Shown here piece by piece: positions 13,570 through 27,142 of a stretch of DNA of 64,000 nt. The notes below the pieces were generated by a model that did no database searches, had not been told where the DNA came from, and worked only from the letters and a program-made list of their open reading frames with translations. A program made the translations under genes and the position numbers. Where the stretch lies: the NCBI RefSeq assembly GCF_009914755.1, contig NC_060930.1. One strand, 5' to 3'. The stretch is from the human T2T-CHM13v2.0 reference genome, Homo sapiens. Positions within the stretch are counted from its first letter, which is position 1. Each line of letters starts with the position of its first letter.

Positions 13570-14580
13570 GAAATTGCCATAATAAAATTCCTTCCATTCC
13601 CACCTTCTTATTTATGTGAGAGCAAACACTCTCAGTGCTCACATCTGTAAATGGAAAAAAAGAATAGAGTCAATGCCAAACCTTCATGCAATTAGTAACA
13701 TCCATTCTGGATATATGAACTCATGGAAAAATTAAAAGCCCTATCAATTTTTAAGATCTATTTCCAATAAATGTTAATTTTAATATTTAGTAATTATTGT
13801 TTGTAACTTATTTATGCTATTTCGAGTAACCATGTACTAGTAATAATGATAATGATAATTCAGTCCAAATGAAAAATGTTAATACTTAGCTCTATAGTTG
13901 CTAGAAATTAAAGCAATTTTATTGATTGATTGATTGATTGATTGAGACAGGGTCTCCCTCTGTCACCAGGCTGGAGTTCAGTGGCATGATTGCAGCTCAC
14001 TTAACCTCTGCCTCCAAGGTTCAAGTGATCCTCTCACCTCAGCCTGCTGAGTAGCTGAGACCACAAGTGCACACCACCATGCCCAGCTAATTTTTGTATT
14101 TTTTTGTAGAAATTGGGTTTCGCCATGTTGCCTAGGCTTACTTTTATTTTTAATTACAAAGTTTAAATTTGAAGTTTAATTTCAAGTTTGTATATACATT
14201 TATCTGTTGAAGTCTCTAATAGAGTAATAAATAACATATTTGCAAACATAATGCATTACAGTACGATAAAACTTGTCATGGGAAATAAAATGGGATAACA
14301 CAGGTTCCGGAAGGAAAAGGAATGCTGCAAATTTCCAACTGTTTAAAAGAGCTTGCATTTATCTTTCTTTAATGAAAGAGGGTGGGTGTCAAATTGCTAT
14401 GGATTAGATTTCATTGCATATACTTGGAAGAATAAAAGAACATTTGAACTGAAATGTCAATATTTACAAGACACCAGAAATTAAGTCCTTTACATAATTA
14501 TAATTTTAAAATTCAGATATAAATTTTCAAATGTGTTAGAGGATATGTCATTTTTAAAAGTTATTTTAAGTAGCATACAA
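13570..14580 (+). mobile_element. hAT-Charlie DNA transposon remnant
   Basis: 'ccttccattcccaccttcttatttatgtgagagc...ctctcagtgctcaca' resembles the hAT dimerisation motif LPFxxxYLCExxFS; decayed and interrupted by an Alu. The right boundary is uncertain. Confidence 0.55.
13920..14137 (-). mobile_element. Truncated AluJ-like element with (ATTG)n tail
   Basis: (attg)x6 followed by 'agacagggtctccctctgtcaccagggctggag...gccatgttgcctaggct'. Confidence 0.9.
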
Positions 14581-15121
14581 ACAAGACATAGGCTATATTT
14601 TTAAAAATAATAATCTGAAGGCAGTAGAATATGAGAGACAGGGAAAACCACCCCTATTCTTGAAGCTTAGCATACATTGGGGGCAAAGAGAAGTTTTGTA
14701 AAGATTAAATGAAAAAAGTGTATGAAAACACCCAGCTTGGAGCTGTCTCATACCAGGGATCTGATACAACATAGTTTCCCTTATATTGAACTAAAATCCC
14801 TTTGTTGCATTGAAATCACACGTTCTTCTCTTATATACAGGGGAAACAATCACACGACTGGTAATCAACCTTCATTAATACCTCTTCATAACCTAAGGAG
14901 AGTTAAATCACCTTTCCAGTTTCTCTTAAATAAGCTTTAAATGTTAATATTCTTAAAAGAAGAAGAAAGAAAGGACAAGGGAAGGGAGAAAGGAAGAAAA
15001 GGGAGAGAGGAAAGGAGGGAGCTTTTAAACACTACAGCACTGCTTTCCAAAACCAAGCAACTGAGATAACTTTTGTGTTGATTTAAGCACACATTTAGCC
15101 AAATGAATTTTCCATTGTCCC

Positions 15122-15275
15122 CACCTGTTTCCCAAATAGTTTCAACTGTTTTGCCTTTGACCTGCTTTAGCCCAATCCTATATGAAGTCTGTGCTCTCGG
15201 AATGTCCACTTCTGGACTCCTCCACTGCAGGGTTGCCCTTAGCAGCAGCTGGGAAAACCTCCTGGGGAACAGCTG
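15122..15275. promoter_or_regulatory. Myogenic E-box cluster, candidate distal enhancer
   Basis: CACCTG 15122-15127, CAGCTG 15246-15251 and CAGCTG 15270-15275 in non-repeat sequence; MEF2 consensus TTAAAAATAA at 14601-14610. Confidence 0.45.
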
Positions 15276-18109
15276 GTGTCCAAGGCCCCAAAGCTCTGCC
15301 ATCACCCAGGGTGATTACCAGTTTTCTGCAATAACGGGCTTTGGGGGACACATTTCAATAAAATAACACTTCACATTTGTGTAGCATTCTACTGCTGATG
15401 GATAACTTTCACAATCATTATCTCGTTTGTTCTCACTTGGTCATGAGAAAAACCTGGCAGACTCTGTAACATCATAGCTTATTCCAAGACTGACAATGGG
15501 GAGAAAAATCACTTTAACTCTCAAGAACCCATTTCCTTACTACACAATGAGAAGCCCAGACTAGATGTTCCCTTGAAATGTATAATTGTGGGCAAATGCC
15601 TCATACTCCATCTACTGCTGAATCCACCTTCATGAAACCCAAACTGATCTCTGTGCCTTCATCGCACTACTTACTGCTTACACACTCAAAGGACAACTAA
15701 AACAACCAACACACAAACCAAAGAAGTTACTTCACTTAAATCCTCCAAACAAGCTAGTAAGAGAGGTGGCTAGGTTATTATTACCTCTGGATTTTAGAAG
15801 AGGACATTAAGGTGAGAATCAATGACTTCGGCAATTACACAGTAGCAAAATCCTGCCTTCTAGTTCAAGGAAACTAAACCATCTTGGAAACAAAAAAGTT
15901 AACAGAAGTTTATTGCTGACACTATCTTCATGGATATCCAGCTCCACAACACTGACAACTGTCAACCATTTGGTTAGAGGCAGGATAATAAACTAGGGCA
16001 CATGATGCTTTAGTTTATCTCTGGTCTACACAAGCCAGTTCGTGGAGCCATACATGTCTCTACATCAAACTTGACATTCTGAGCACATTTTCAAATTGCT
16101 AATTCCTTAAAAGCAGAGATGGTGTCTAAACTGAAGTCTTCACCTCCAAGAGGCTCTGCCCTGTGTGTGCCCTGCAAATACTTGTTGATTTGTTTCTCCT
16201 GTATTGGGGTGGGTCTCTCCTTGACAACTGGGGTCCACATTTAGCCAAGCAGCTGCCCACTGGCATCTAAAGCCTGCGATATGTAGTTCTGGCAGTATCT
16301 GAAAGGATTTATTATTACCATCCCATGATTTCACTATTATTACTATCACCCTTATGACAGTCAGTGGCTGAGCCCACTATAAAGCATTAAAACAGTTTTT
16401 AACATGGAACAGTCTGTTTTCTGCATTCCCCCACACTCCCACAGTTACGGAGTTTTTTCACCTAGTTTCTGCTCACTATTGTAGGGCTCTAAGAGATGGG
16501 CCTCCAGCCACGAATAAGGCAACCTGAGTATTCCCTTCACTATTATCACCCTGTCCCAGTGGTGGCCTTGGGGAAGAGAAGGCTCTTCAAGAGGCTCATG
16601 ACCAAACAGGAGACAATCATGATGCCTGTGTGTGATACAAAGCACACTTACCAAGGAGTCAGGAGATGCGGGTTCTGTGACAGGGGGCAAGACTCATTGC
16701 TAAACCGGGCCTTGGTTCTCTAACACACTAAGTAAATAACCAAGTAAGATTTTCCTGAAGAATACTTCTTGCTCAGGACCAGCTCTAATTTAACCTTTTT
16801 CCTCGCTTCTGGAGATTTCCACAGGAAAGATCATCTCACTGGAAAAGATCTCAGGAACAGTCCCCACTCCTCATGTTCACTTCTAATACTTCACTCATCA
16901 AGTTGCATCATTTTAAAACCAACCCGATTTACATAAGAATTTAGAGAAAACGAAAGTAGTTCTTTATCAGGAAGTCAAAATTTCTGACCTAAAAGGTGCT
17001 GAGGTGAAAAAAAGATTTAATTAGGAATTATAAGGCTTGAATTTGATCCTATATTTTTCAATAGATGATCTCATCTTTTTCCATGTGGCCCTCAGCAAGT
17101 CTGCTCATTCTTCATCTTCCAAATTTGATTATCAATACCTTTGGCTTACCTAACCAAAATAGTGCATGAGACTCATAAGGATTTGTGACTTGAAAACCTA
17201 AAGTATAATCCTATATATAGATGAATTATTAAATTAACATCAGTTCCCTCTTTTCACCCTAGAAAAATCTCAGAAGAACTAAAGGCTTGTCACGGTATTC
17301 AGAAGATGTTTAGTAATGTGGCCGCTGGGTTTGTATTTTGTATTCTCTTGGACAGTTTTAGTGTTTTAGTGAACCTTTTGATCCAATTTGACTTCAGCAA
17401 CCATTCATTGGGAGGCCACTGTGTCCTTATATTGTGCTGCAAACAAGAGAAGAAATCAAAATAAGTATAAACTTGACCTCCAGAAGTTTACAGTGCTGTG
17501 AATTCTAGACTTACATAAAAAGAAATTGTAAAAAAAAAAAAATGAAACAGGAAAAAGACATGTTAAAGTGTATCTAGACCCATAACAAATGCATAATCCA
17601 GCCAAGGTGGAATCAAGCTTTCAGTAAGTGGAAAAAGTGATGTTGAGTAGACTTTAGGGCCAACTGTGTGAGGGAGACAGAACCGGTGATAGACTGTGAA
17701 TGAGTGGGGCTAGCAGTTTTCTACATTTATAACAGCAGACCTTCAGTAACAAATGCCAGAAAAAAAAATAATAATAAAAAGACTTAATATTCTAAGGATT
17801 AGAGAGAAATGTCTATTTCTCTCTGAATATTCAATAGCAACAAATTTCAGACCATGATTATTCAGATAATAATTATCAAATCATCCAAATTCATATGCAT
17901 TTATAGAAACCATATCAAAACAGAATAGCACTACTCTTTTCAAATATAGCTATCTGTAACTGTGTGGTCTGAAGGAACTCTTTAAAACATTGCCATCTCC
18001 TACCATGAGTATAGTTTCCCAGAAGGGCTCTTTGTGCCCGAGGCCTTTCCCAGGCTGACCCCTTCACAAAGCATTGGATCCAGCCACAGGTTAATCAGTA
18101 TTTCCTGAA

Positions 18110-18500
18110 CACACTCTGCACATTCCTGCCACTATGTCTTTGCTCAAGCTGTTCCCACATCTGAGAAAGCCCTTCCCTCCCTCTCCATGTATATAAGCTC
18201 TCCCTATCATTCAGGACCTAGCTGAAACCCGTCTCCTCCATGAAGCGTTTACTACCTGGCCCACCACTTGTTAATCTCTGCTTCTGAATACCGAGAGTGC
18301 TTATTTGCCATTCTATCAGTCTGTAATTATTATATTTTATATATGTGTATATATCTGTGCGTGTATTTCCCCCAGATTCAAGTCCTATCCCCAAAAGAGC
18401 CTGTAAGTCTCTCAAGAGCAGGGAACATAAACAACTTATTTCTAGTGCTTAATATGGTGCACTGTGACCTGACAGGCAGTCACTAGACACATGTTATCAA
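18110..18500 (+). mobile_element. L2 fragment
   Basis: 'ctttgctcaagctgttcccacatctgag', 'ctcctccatgaagcgttt', 'ctgtaagtctctcaagagcaggga'. Confidence 0.6.
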
Positions 18501-18799
18501 GCATCCAGTCAAGCCCCACACCACCCATGTTTCCCATAACTCCACTATAACTACATCCCACTTGAAAAATGGCCCAAATAACTTATTAACAAGCTTAAAG
18601 AGCTGTATCTGAGGTCATACATAGTGATACAACCTAAAAGAAACCCAGTATCAAGAGACAGGGATTCATTCATTTGAAAAAATTAATGTTCTTACTCTTT
18701 AAAATAACACATGCATCATTTCAGTATATTCCATCAACAGAGGCATTAATATAGATTTGCCTATCTGAAAAAGGATTTAGCAGAGATCGTTTCTCCTTG

Positions 18800-20040
18800 C
18801 AATGGGACAGCTGAAGAGGTGTAATTTAACAGCTTTCAGAGGCCCGTCACTGGGGTGATTGAGGTGGACAGAAGGCATGGACAGGACCAAGTCCCTTAAA
18901 AGACACAAACAGGTGGGAGAGTGTGCTGGGGGTGGGCAGAGGACTGGAGAGTACAAAAGGAGGAGGCTCCCCTTCGGAGAGCAGAGATAAGAGGAGGCAG
19001 GGAGTGAAACTGCCTGAGGAACAGAGAGGAGAGGGGAGGAGAGGAGAGGAGAGGAGAAGAGAGCAGAGGAGAGATCAGATCTGTAGCTAGGTCACATCTG
19101 GACAGGACCCAAGTCCAAGGTAAATCGAGAACAAGTGATGGAACTAAAGAATGAAGGAGAAATGGGTGGACAGGGCACAAATTGGGGAATGACAGCCTAT
19201 TCAGTGAGGATAGGAAATGCACATAAAGGACAGATGAAGATGATTTCTCTGTGTGTGATTAGAAGGATAGCAATTACAAAGATAAGAGTGAAAGGAGAGG
19301 GAGGAAAGGGGAAAAGGGAATAAGTAAGAAGACAAAATAAGCAATGAGTGTCTAAGTACCGATCTGAATGCTTAGAAAATCACCAGGCTGTTAGGCTGAG
19401 CCAAAAGAAGAGCCACAGCCGTACCCAAGAGGGGACCATCGGAAAGACAGAAGCAGGCAATTTAAGTAGCTAGCTACTGGGGTAAAATGAAAAAAAAGAA
19501 AAAATAGAAGATGGAAAAGGTGAGAAGCAAAAGAGGGAAAACCCAAAGGAGACACTGGCCCAGAAACCTTTTTAACTTTCTGTAAGAATCTTCAAGGCCC
19601 CAAACTAGGCCAAGATTCTGACTGACATTTCTGAGCTCACCAGCTGCCGTTTCCTTGAGAGAATTCTGACAGGAAGGCATAGAAATGCGAACCAACACTG
19701 CCAGCTCTGGAAAATAAATAAATAAGTAAATAACTATCCACATCCTAAACACCTCAGTGGGGGCCGAAGCCTGCTGGGGAAGAAAGCCCAGCGAGGAGGA
19801 GGGACCCGCCTGCAACTTTTCCCCAGGTATGTGCTGAGCTTTCCCCGCGTGCTGCTTTCTCCTCCAATTGTCCTCTGGCCGTTCCTGCCTTGCCCATCTG
19901 TCTTTCTTTCTTTGTGAATTTTTGGGAAGCCCTGCAGGCGATCTGCTTCTGTCATCTGAAGCCAGCAAGGCAGCGTCTGTAGAAGCAGGTGAAGCTCCAA
20001 GTTCTGCATCTCAGACAGGTGGGGGCAGACAGCTGGAGTC
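18800..20040 (+). promoter_or_regulatory. Candidate distal promoter and 5' exon region of linc-MD1
   Basis: E-boxes: CAGCTG 18808-18813, 19641-19646, 20030-20035; CAGGTG 19986-19991, 20016-20021; CATCTG 19895-19900, 19953-19958. Candidate donors: CAG|GTGGGA (18913), AAG|GTAAAT (19120), TAA|GTAAAT (19726), CAG|GTATGT (19827). Confidence 0.55.
19021..19075 (+). repeat. (GGAGA)n purine microsatellite
   Basis: 'agaggagaggggaggagaggagaggagaggagaagagagcagagga'. Confidence 0.85.
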
Positions 20041-21144
20041 CAGATCCGACAGGCAGAGCCAGGCATGGGGAAATGAATAAGAGAAAAGCCCCCAACCCCC
20101 AGGCTGAGTGCATGGGAATGACTTGTTCGCCAGTACTGACAGTGGACTTGCTTCTGGGTGCTGGAGACTGAAGCAAAGGCAGAGGGGGAGGAGGGTGGGC
20201 CTGGAAGACAAGAGGGACAATGAGGGGAGAGATTTCAAAGTAATCCCGGAAAGGGCTGGTCAGTTACCTAAAGAAGAGCTACCGGTGTTAGGAGAGACGG
20301 ATGAGAACCTGACAGCATGTGACCTTGTACTTGTGGCTTGCCCTTCGAATGCCTTGGCAAAGTATTTTGAATATCTATTGAATTTTGCTCTCAAGCAATT
20401 CAAAGGAATTTATTTTTAATATTTAATTTATCTCAAATATTCAATTGCTGCATGAGGATGGGTTTTTGGATGACCCCATAGATGTCCCCACTAAGACAAT
20501 TTAACTATTCCACTAAGAAATTAAGTCCCTGAGCAATGTATTTATTTGGAAAACTAGGACGAGAACCCCATGCTCCTGACTTGGTCCCTGGACCTTGGGC
20601 AATTCTTAATCCTCACTCAATTTAATAGGTGCAGGTACAAATTTTTTTTTTTAAGTAACAGTTTTGGGAGCTGTAATAAAAAGCTTCATCATTATTCTGT
20701 ATTATTAAATTGTATTATATTATCTTTATGATCCCTCTGCAAATGTGATATAAAGTCAAGTGAGTCAGTGGACTCTCTGCTGGGCTATCTTCTCAAGAAA
20801 AATACTCATCTCATTTTATACACATTCTTCACCAAAACACACAGAAAACTTGTTGGTAAAATTTGGAAACCAATGAAATCATTGCTGGTGGCAAGCAACT
20901 GCTCAAGCCAAAAGCACTAAGTGACTTCCAGCAGTGTTTCCCTCTCTTTTGAGTGCTGACTGCCTGTCCGCACCCTCATCAGTGAAAGCACCTACAACCA
21001 TGCCCTTGGAAAGGGCTCACACCTTCCTAACTTCTGTGTGGTTTCTATTCCTCTCCCTCATCTCTTTGCTTTTAGGAAGCTCAGAATATAAGGGCCAATT
21101 TTTTGCCCTCAAAGTGTGGAGTGTCAGAAACATTGACCTAGAGC

Positions 21145-21315
21145 AGTGGTTCTCAGAGTGTGGGCCCCAGACCAGCAGCATCAGCATCACCTGGGAACGT
21201 GCTAGAAATGAACATTCTCAGTTCCTACCCCGGCTTCCTGAATCAGAAACTCTGGGGGTGAGACCCAGCAATCTGTGTTTCAGCAAGCCATTCACGTGAT
21301 TCTGATGCACTAAAT
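21145..21315 (+). mobile_element. MER5A (hAT-Charlie MITE)
   Basis: 'cagtggttctcagagtgtgggccccagaccagcagcatcagcatcacctgggaac...gaatcagaaactctgggggtg...gtgattctgatgcac'. Confidence 0.9.
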
Positions 21316-22134
21316 TAATCAAAAGGTTAAGAGTTTTTAAGGACCTCTTCCCAGAATCCTCAGTATTCAGATCTCCTTACGTGCTGATCATCTACAGAGC
21401 TAGAATTTGTAAAAGAGACCCGTCCACCAAAAAACAACCTCTCAATTCCTTGTTCCCTCCACCTGTAAAATAGAAATATTTCTAATATACGTGTTACAAT
21501 GCTTAAAAAAGACCTGCACACTGTGCTCTGTAAGGGTGGTGGTAGTGGTGGTGGCTTTATCCGCTTGACCCTTACTGTGCAAAAGGCCTTTGGCAGATGG
21601 CTGAGAAATCAAACATGAAGCAGTTAGAGTGCTGGCCCTCTAGGAGAAGAGATGTAGACGCATTACAGGTACACGAGGAATTAGACTGCAAAATAACATG
21701 TGATTTATGCCCAATTACAGACATAGGAACTAAGAAGAGGAAGAGAATGGAGAGGAAACTTTGGGAAGAAAGTGGTTTTGAACTTTGGGAAGAAAGTGGT
21801 TTTTGAACTAAGCCTTAAAGCAAAGAATTTTAACTAGTGAAGTTGGGCAAAGGAAAAGGAATATTCCTGGTGGAAACTGAGCCTAGGGAATATTGGGAAG
21901 GTTAGATATTAGTGGTCACCTCTAGCATTCCTGTCACTAAGATGTTGACTACTCATATTGTACAGAGGGATCACCCTGTTTCTGGATCTAACCATTTATC
22001 ACCATGTTTGCAGAAATTCATCCTTTAACCCAAACTAAGTAATTTTCTTTGGACTGCTGTGAAGTGAGTCCTTTCCAGGATTAATGATTTTATTGCTATA
22101 GAATCCATATCCCTCTTTCTTGTTTATTTTTAGA

Positions 22135-22525
22135 TCATTGTTTTTCAAAGTCTTCTGGCCACTTGTAACAGAATAAAATGGTGGGGGTGGGGAGGACGAT
22201 GATGTGCAAAAATGCAGGTTCCTGGGCCCTGACCCAGATCACTTATCTCAGTGTCTATCAGATCAAGTCAGAAGAATCTGCATAGAAACTTGGGATTCTA
22301 ACATTTCTTCAAGCATGAAAGCAACTGTCCTAGAGCTGTTATTTCCTAAATTTGCTGAGCATAGAAGTCACCTAGGAGTGATTGCTTTAAAAGTGGATCC
22401 CCAGCTATTACCTTGGAGATTCTGATCCCGTGGCTCTGGAGTGGAGTGCTCCCCTACCAGGGAACAGGGATATTAATAAGCGCCTCAGAGACACCAAGAA
22501 TCAGGCAAGGTTTGGAAATACAGCA
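22135..22525. mobile_element. Adjacent MER5-family fragments
   Basis: 'aaatgcaggttcctgggccctgacccaga' and 'agaagtcacctaggagtg...ggagattctgat...ggcaaggtttggaaatacag'. Confidence 0.5.
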
Positions 22526-25500
22526 TATTAGAACAAATGTGAGCTTTGGGTTAGAGAGTAACATCAAGTCATAAGTCTGCCATTTACTTGCTGAATGATT
22601 TTGGCAAGTTTCTTAGCCACTCTGTCTCCAAATTACTTAGCCTGCTTGTGACAGTTTCATCAAATGCCTTTCACAAGATTGTTGTAAGCATGAATCCTCT
22701 AAACAAACGGCTTAGTATAATGTTGGCTCCCTCTCCTCCCCTTACCCTCCCCTCCCCTGAAGTTCCAGCTCCAATTCTCCTGGATGAGAAGCAGGGCAAG
22801 GACAACAGTGATGGTGAAATGCCACTGATACTCACCTCTTCTGGGGAAGGTGGCAGAATGCCAGCAGGAAGAGAAGGTGGGCTCTTGGAGCTGGCATTGC
22901 TCTTGGCTGCCCCTGGGAAGTTAAATGGGACTCCTGTCTAAGATTAAATCAACATTCAGAACTAGCCAGTTCTCTAAAAATAGCAAGACATTCTGGCTGA
23001 GCCCCAGAAAAAATAAGGTCTTATCCCGAATTACTACCCCATGCTTGCCTTAAAAGGAGGGACCTCTACTTTATTTCCGACCTCCTCAGCCAGATGATGG
23101 TAAGCCCCAAATAATTTGGCTTTCACTTAGTGAGCAGCAGAATCACTTCTGTTTCACAGACAGCCACCAAGAACACCAGGAAGAGATACCAGTGTTTAAG
23201 GTCACAAGTCCTCAGACTTTGAAGTGGGTGCATCAGTGCAGGCCATGCCTTCTGCAGACACTAGTAGGGCTCTAATTCCCATAAAAGCATACAATTCTGA
23301 TTACATTTTAGCAAGCTAGTATCAGTTGTTTAAAACTTCCAAGCTTCACCAGGGGCAGAGAAGGAATAGGGAGAGCTAAGATGCCTATATTAGAAATTCA
23401 GAGAGTCACCTACAGGTGATTGTTCTGCAGAGAATCCTGGTTTTCTATCCTCATCCAGCAAACAAACTAAGATCAGATCTATTATCAGAGGGAAAATCCC
23501 CTGTGGTCAGTAAGGGGACAGTCTGAGCATCTCATCACATATATCCTTTCATAAAACTCCTAAAAATGAGACTGGCATCCCAGACATTCGGAACCTGTAA
23601 TGATTCTTGTCAGAAATGATACTGATTAATACCTTTTTTTAACAAATCTACTAAAATTGTACGACGAATATTTTTGATAATATTTTTGCTTTCTCAAGTA
23701 TCTTTGAATCACCCCTTACATAAAAACAATTGTCATGTTAATGAAACCCTTTAAAGTAGATCAAATATAAGGATTTCCATGTAGTAAGTAGATTCCATTG
23801 CCAGATTAATACTAATTAATATATCAATTACACATTAATTAATAATATAATACATATAATTATTAATAAGATCAATATTATGTTGATTGTATATTATTAA
23901 TAGATAATGTTAATAATAGTAATAGAGATTATTTATTAAACTTCAAATATTATGCTCATGGCACACTACATAAATCTAATTCCTCCCGTTGAGGAAGCAC
24001 TGTTAGTCTCACTTTACAGATGAGGAAGCTGAGGCTGAAAGAGGTTAAATAGCTTGCTCAAGTCACAGATGTCCAAGCCATGCTGTTTCTCCCTGCACCC
24101 CTCATAGCCAATAACCTTGAAGATCACATTTGTCTTACTCAGACTTCTCTCGGTCTCAACCTGTCCTCGATTTTACCCAAATCCAATAGGCTTTCTAAGG
24201 ACCATTAATGAGAAATAAGCATCCTTCTATCTCTTTAATGTGTTGAGTCATTTATGTTCAAATACTGTCCTGCTCAGCAAAAGAAACTGAAAAAGAACTG
24301 TGATTGCTGTTTATGCTTTTGAGGCTACTTTTTTACTGTTACTTAAGTCTGGAACGCTTTTAAATGGTACTTGCTTCTCAGGACAAGGGAAAGGACATGT
24401 TAGTAATTTAAGGGTTTTGAGCAGTTGTCTGATCATGAGGCAGGGCTGGGGTGTGGAGTAAATCTTGTTTTCAATAACCTGTTGAGTGACATTTTATATT
24501 GCCATTGGCCCATTCTCCTAAGAAACTCAAGATATTCACATGTGTTATCTCATTAATCTTCAACCCATTCTTTGGTGGGCAGCTGGGGTTACACAACTGC
24601 TATTTACAGATAAGTAGCATGGGATTTGGTATAGGAATGAAGACAGAAAGCTGGTAATTTGGCTAATATCACCCAGCACACAATTGGCCAAGTGACACAC
24701 CACATCTCCTAATTCTTTCCATTAACAGTGCCTACTAAAGTCAAAAGATTTGGGTAGATAGGAAACTAGATAAATAATCTGGAAAAAAAACCCACATCCA
24801 ATTGTCATATAGATGCCCTTGCCCTATGCAAAGCACAGAGAAACGTGTCTTTATGTTCTCCATCCCAGATTTTTTTACCTACTATTTTTGTCTTGTCTGA
24901 AATATGTTGGTTTTGCCGTAGTTTGTTTTTCCAGTCTACCTTTCTCTCCATTTTCTAACCTGTTCCATGACTTTTCTTTCTTGTGTCTTAAGCTAGATGT
25001 CCAGGAAAATGGGAAGAAGGTTTAAACAAGGCTTTCATCATAGATATTCCCATTTCAAACTCTCTCTCTCGACTTTCAAAATTCTCTATTCATTCTAAAG
25101 TGATAAGAATTTAGTTACCTGGACTCATTAATTGTCAAGTAATTGGTTATTAACAATTTGTTTTTCTCCTGCAGATTTTGCAGTGAACTTTTAAGTAATC
25201 TTTTCACCCTACAAGGTTGGGCTTGGCAAAGACAAAACAATTCACACCCAAATGTTGGGGACAGTCTAATGGGATAGTTTACACTGTCTTGGCTATCTCA
25301 AATCTTTTCCCTGGAAATCTTTTTCTTTTGTATTCCTACATAAATGTATGAAGCTCAGCCTGGCTCATGAATAGCAAGTCTCTTAAAGTTGGCTCTTTCT
25401 AGTTCTTTGAACATAAAACTTGATGGTTCCTCTCATCGGTGCAAACCCTCACTCCTCACAACTCAAATGCCAAACACTTTGGAGGATCTCCATCTGACAG

Positions 25501-26299
25501 ATGTAACTAGTTAAAATGGACATTTATTCAGCTCTTAAGTTCCCTGGTTCTATGAAAGAAATGAGACATTTTTATTTTCTTAGAGGCACAGACACACCTC
25601 CTTCCTCCTTTGACCAAGCTGCCTCCCTGCCATCAGCCCCTGATAGTGTGTTTTTGGTTGCCCACTGCCCCCAAACTTAGAGAAGGAAGGGTAGCCCCAA
25701 ACTCTCACTTCTATGAAGTTCATACTTGACTATGGGAGAAAACAGTGTTTTCAGAGCAGAAGCTTACATAGCCATTGGATGGAATTGGATGAGCCATTGG
25801 ATGATTCCCAAGGTCAGCCCGAAAGATTTTGACTGGGATGCTAGAGACATTTTCCTATTTTCCTAAGAAACAGTATGGTTTCTAAGCCACCTCCATCAAC
25901 AACACCCCAAGCGCAGAGTTACAGAAAGGATAAAGGTACACCAAGTCAAAAACCCATAGTGTTTCCTTTTCTTCCTTCTCAACATTTTTTTTACCTTCTA
26001 AGCCTCTCTCCATGGGTTGATCCAAAACTGTGCCTCCAATCTGATTAGTTTTTTTAAATAATTACCATTTATAAATATGATAATTAATACATTTCTACGA
26101 TCCTCATTTTCCTCATCTGTAAAATCAGATAAAATGGCTACATTTCATAGAGTAGGTAGGAGTCAAGGTGCTCACATACGCAAAACACTGTAATGATTCT
26201 GTTATAGAAAACATACTTATAAAAAGTTACCTCTTATTTTTTATTACTGTGATTAAATGTTTTTAACCACCCCAGCCAGTGCTGTGAGCCTCAAACCTT

Positions 26300-26900
26300 T
26301 TTTGGGGGCCAACTCTTCCTTTGGCATATGTTTCCCCATTTTCTGGCAGAGAATCAGATACCACAAAGTTCAAAACCCCATCTCCCTCCAGCCAGGGTGG
26401 CCATCCAGACCCTGAGTGGCTCAACAGCTGCCAATGTCCCTCATCCTTCTGAGGCTCAGGCCTCACAGATTGTGGGGCAGGTGATGGGCTAGGGGGAGCA
26501 GAAGCCCGACAAAAGGATCCTTCCCGCAGTGAACAATGGTGCTTGGAATGCTGGATGGGCAGCTGCTGCCCATCAACAAGCACCCAAAACAGATAGACGT
26601 ACAGTAGGAAGTACAGGAGGGCCGGTGTGTTTCTAAGCATGAGGGGCTCTCTGCGTGAATGTGGAAAATTTCTCTGTTGGATTCTCTCTTCTTTTTAATT
26701 TTCCCTTCACTGGATCCCAAACATTAAAAAAGAATCACATTCAAAATGCACAAAAACAGCAGCAGTGAATTAATTAGTAGTAATAACAAAGGACTGGATA
26801 GACTGTAGCTGCACAAGAATAAGCCAGGGAAACGTGGTGCTGCTTATCTGTGAACAAACAGTAGGAAGGATTTGGTCCCAAGCAGCACTGCCATTCCTCA
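26300..26900 (+). promoter_or_regulatory. miR-206 proximal promoter/enhancer (MyoD/myogenin E-boxes)
   Basis: AACAGCTGCC (CAGCTG 26425-26430), CAGGTG 26478-26483 and GGCAGCTGCT (26560-26565), 490-630 bp upstream of the hairpin; fits the known MRF-driven proximal element. Confidence 0.7.
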
Positions 26901-27056
26901 CAACAGATTTATTTCAGCATGATTTGGTCGGGCGGGGGGGATTTAGGATGAGTTGAGATCCCAGTGATCTTCTCGCTAAGAGTTTCCTGCCTGGGCAAGG
27001 AGGAAAGATGCTACAAGTGGCCCACTTCTGAGATGCGGGCTGCTTCTGGATGACAC

Positions 27057-27142
27057 TGCTTCCCGAGGCCACATGCTTCTTTATATCCCCATATGGATTA
27101 CTTTGCTATGGAATGTAAGGAAGTGTGTGGTTTCGGCAAGTG
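27057..27142 (+). ncRNA. MIR206: pre-miR-206 hairpin; mature miR-206 UGGAAUGUAAGGAAGUGUGUGG at 27109-27130
   Basis: Exact miR-206 mature sequence; the 5p arm 'ccacatgcttctttatatccccata' pairs with the 3p arm 'tatggaatgtaaggaagtgtgtgg'. Confidence 0.99.

Noticed and set aside
19474-19968. 164-aa minus-strand ORF over the candidate promoter
   Set aside because: Non-ATG start in a GC-richer regulatory region, no domain; consistent with chance.
23800-23950. Extremely AT-rich stretch
   Set aside because: Low complexity; apparent MEF2 or homeobox motifs are expected by chance.
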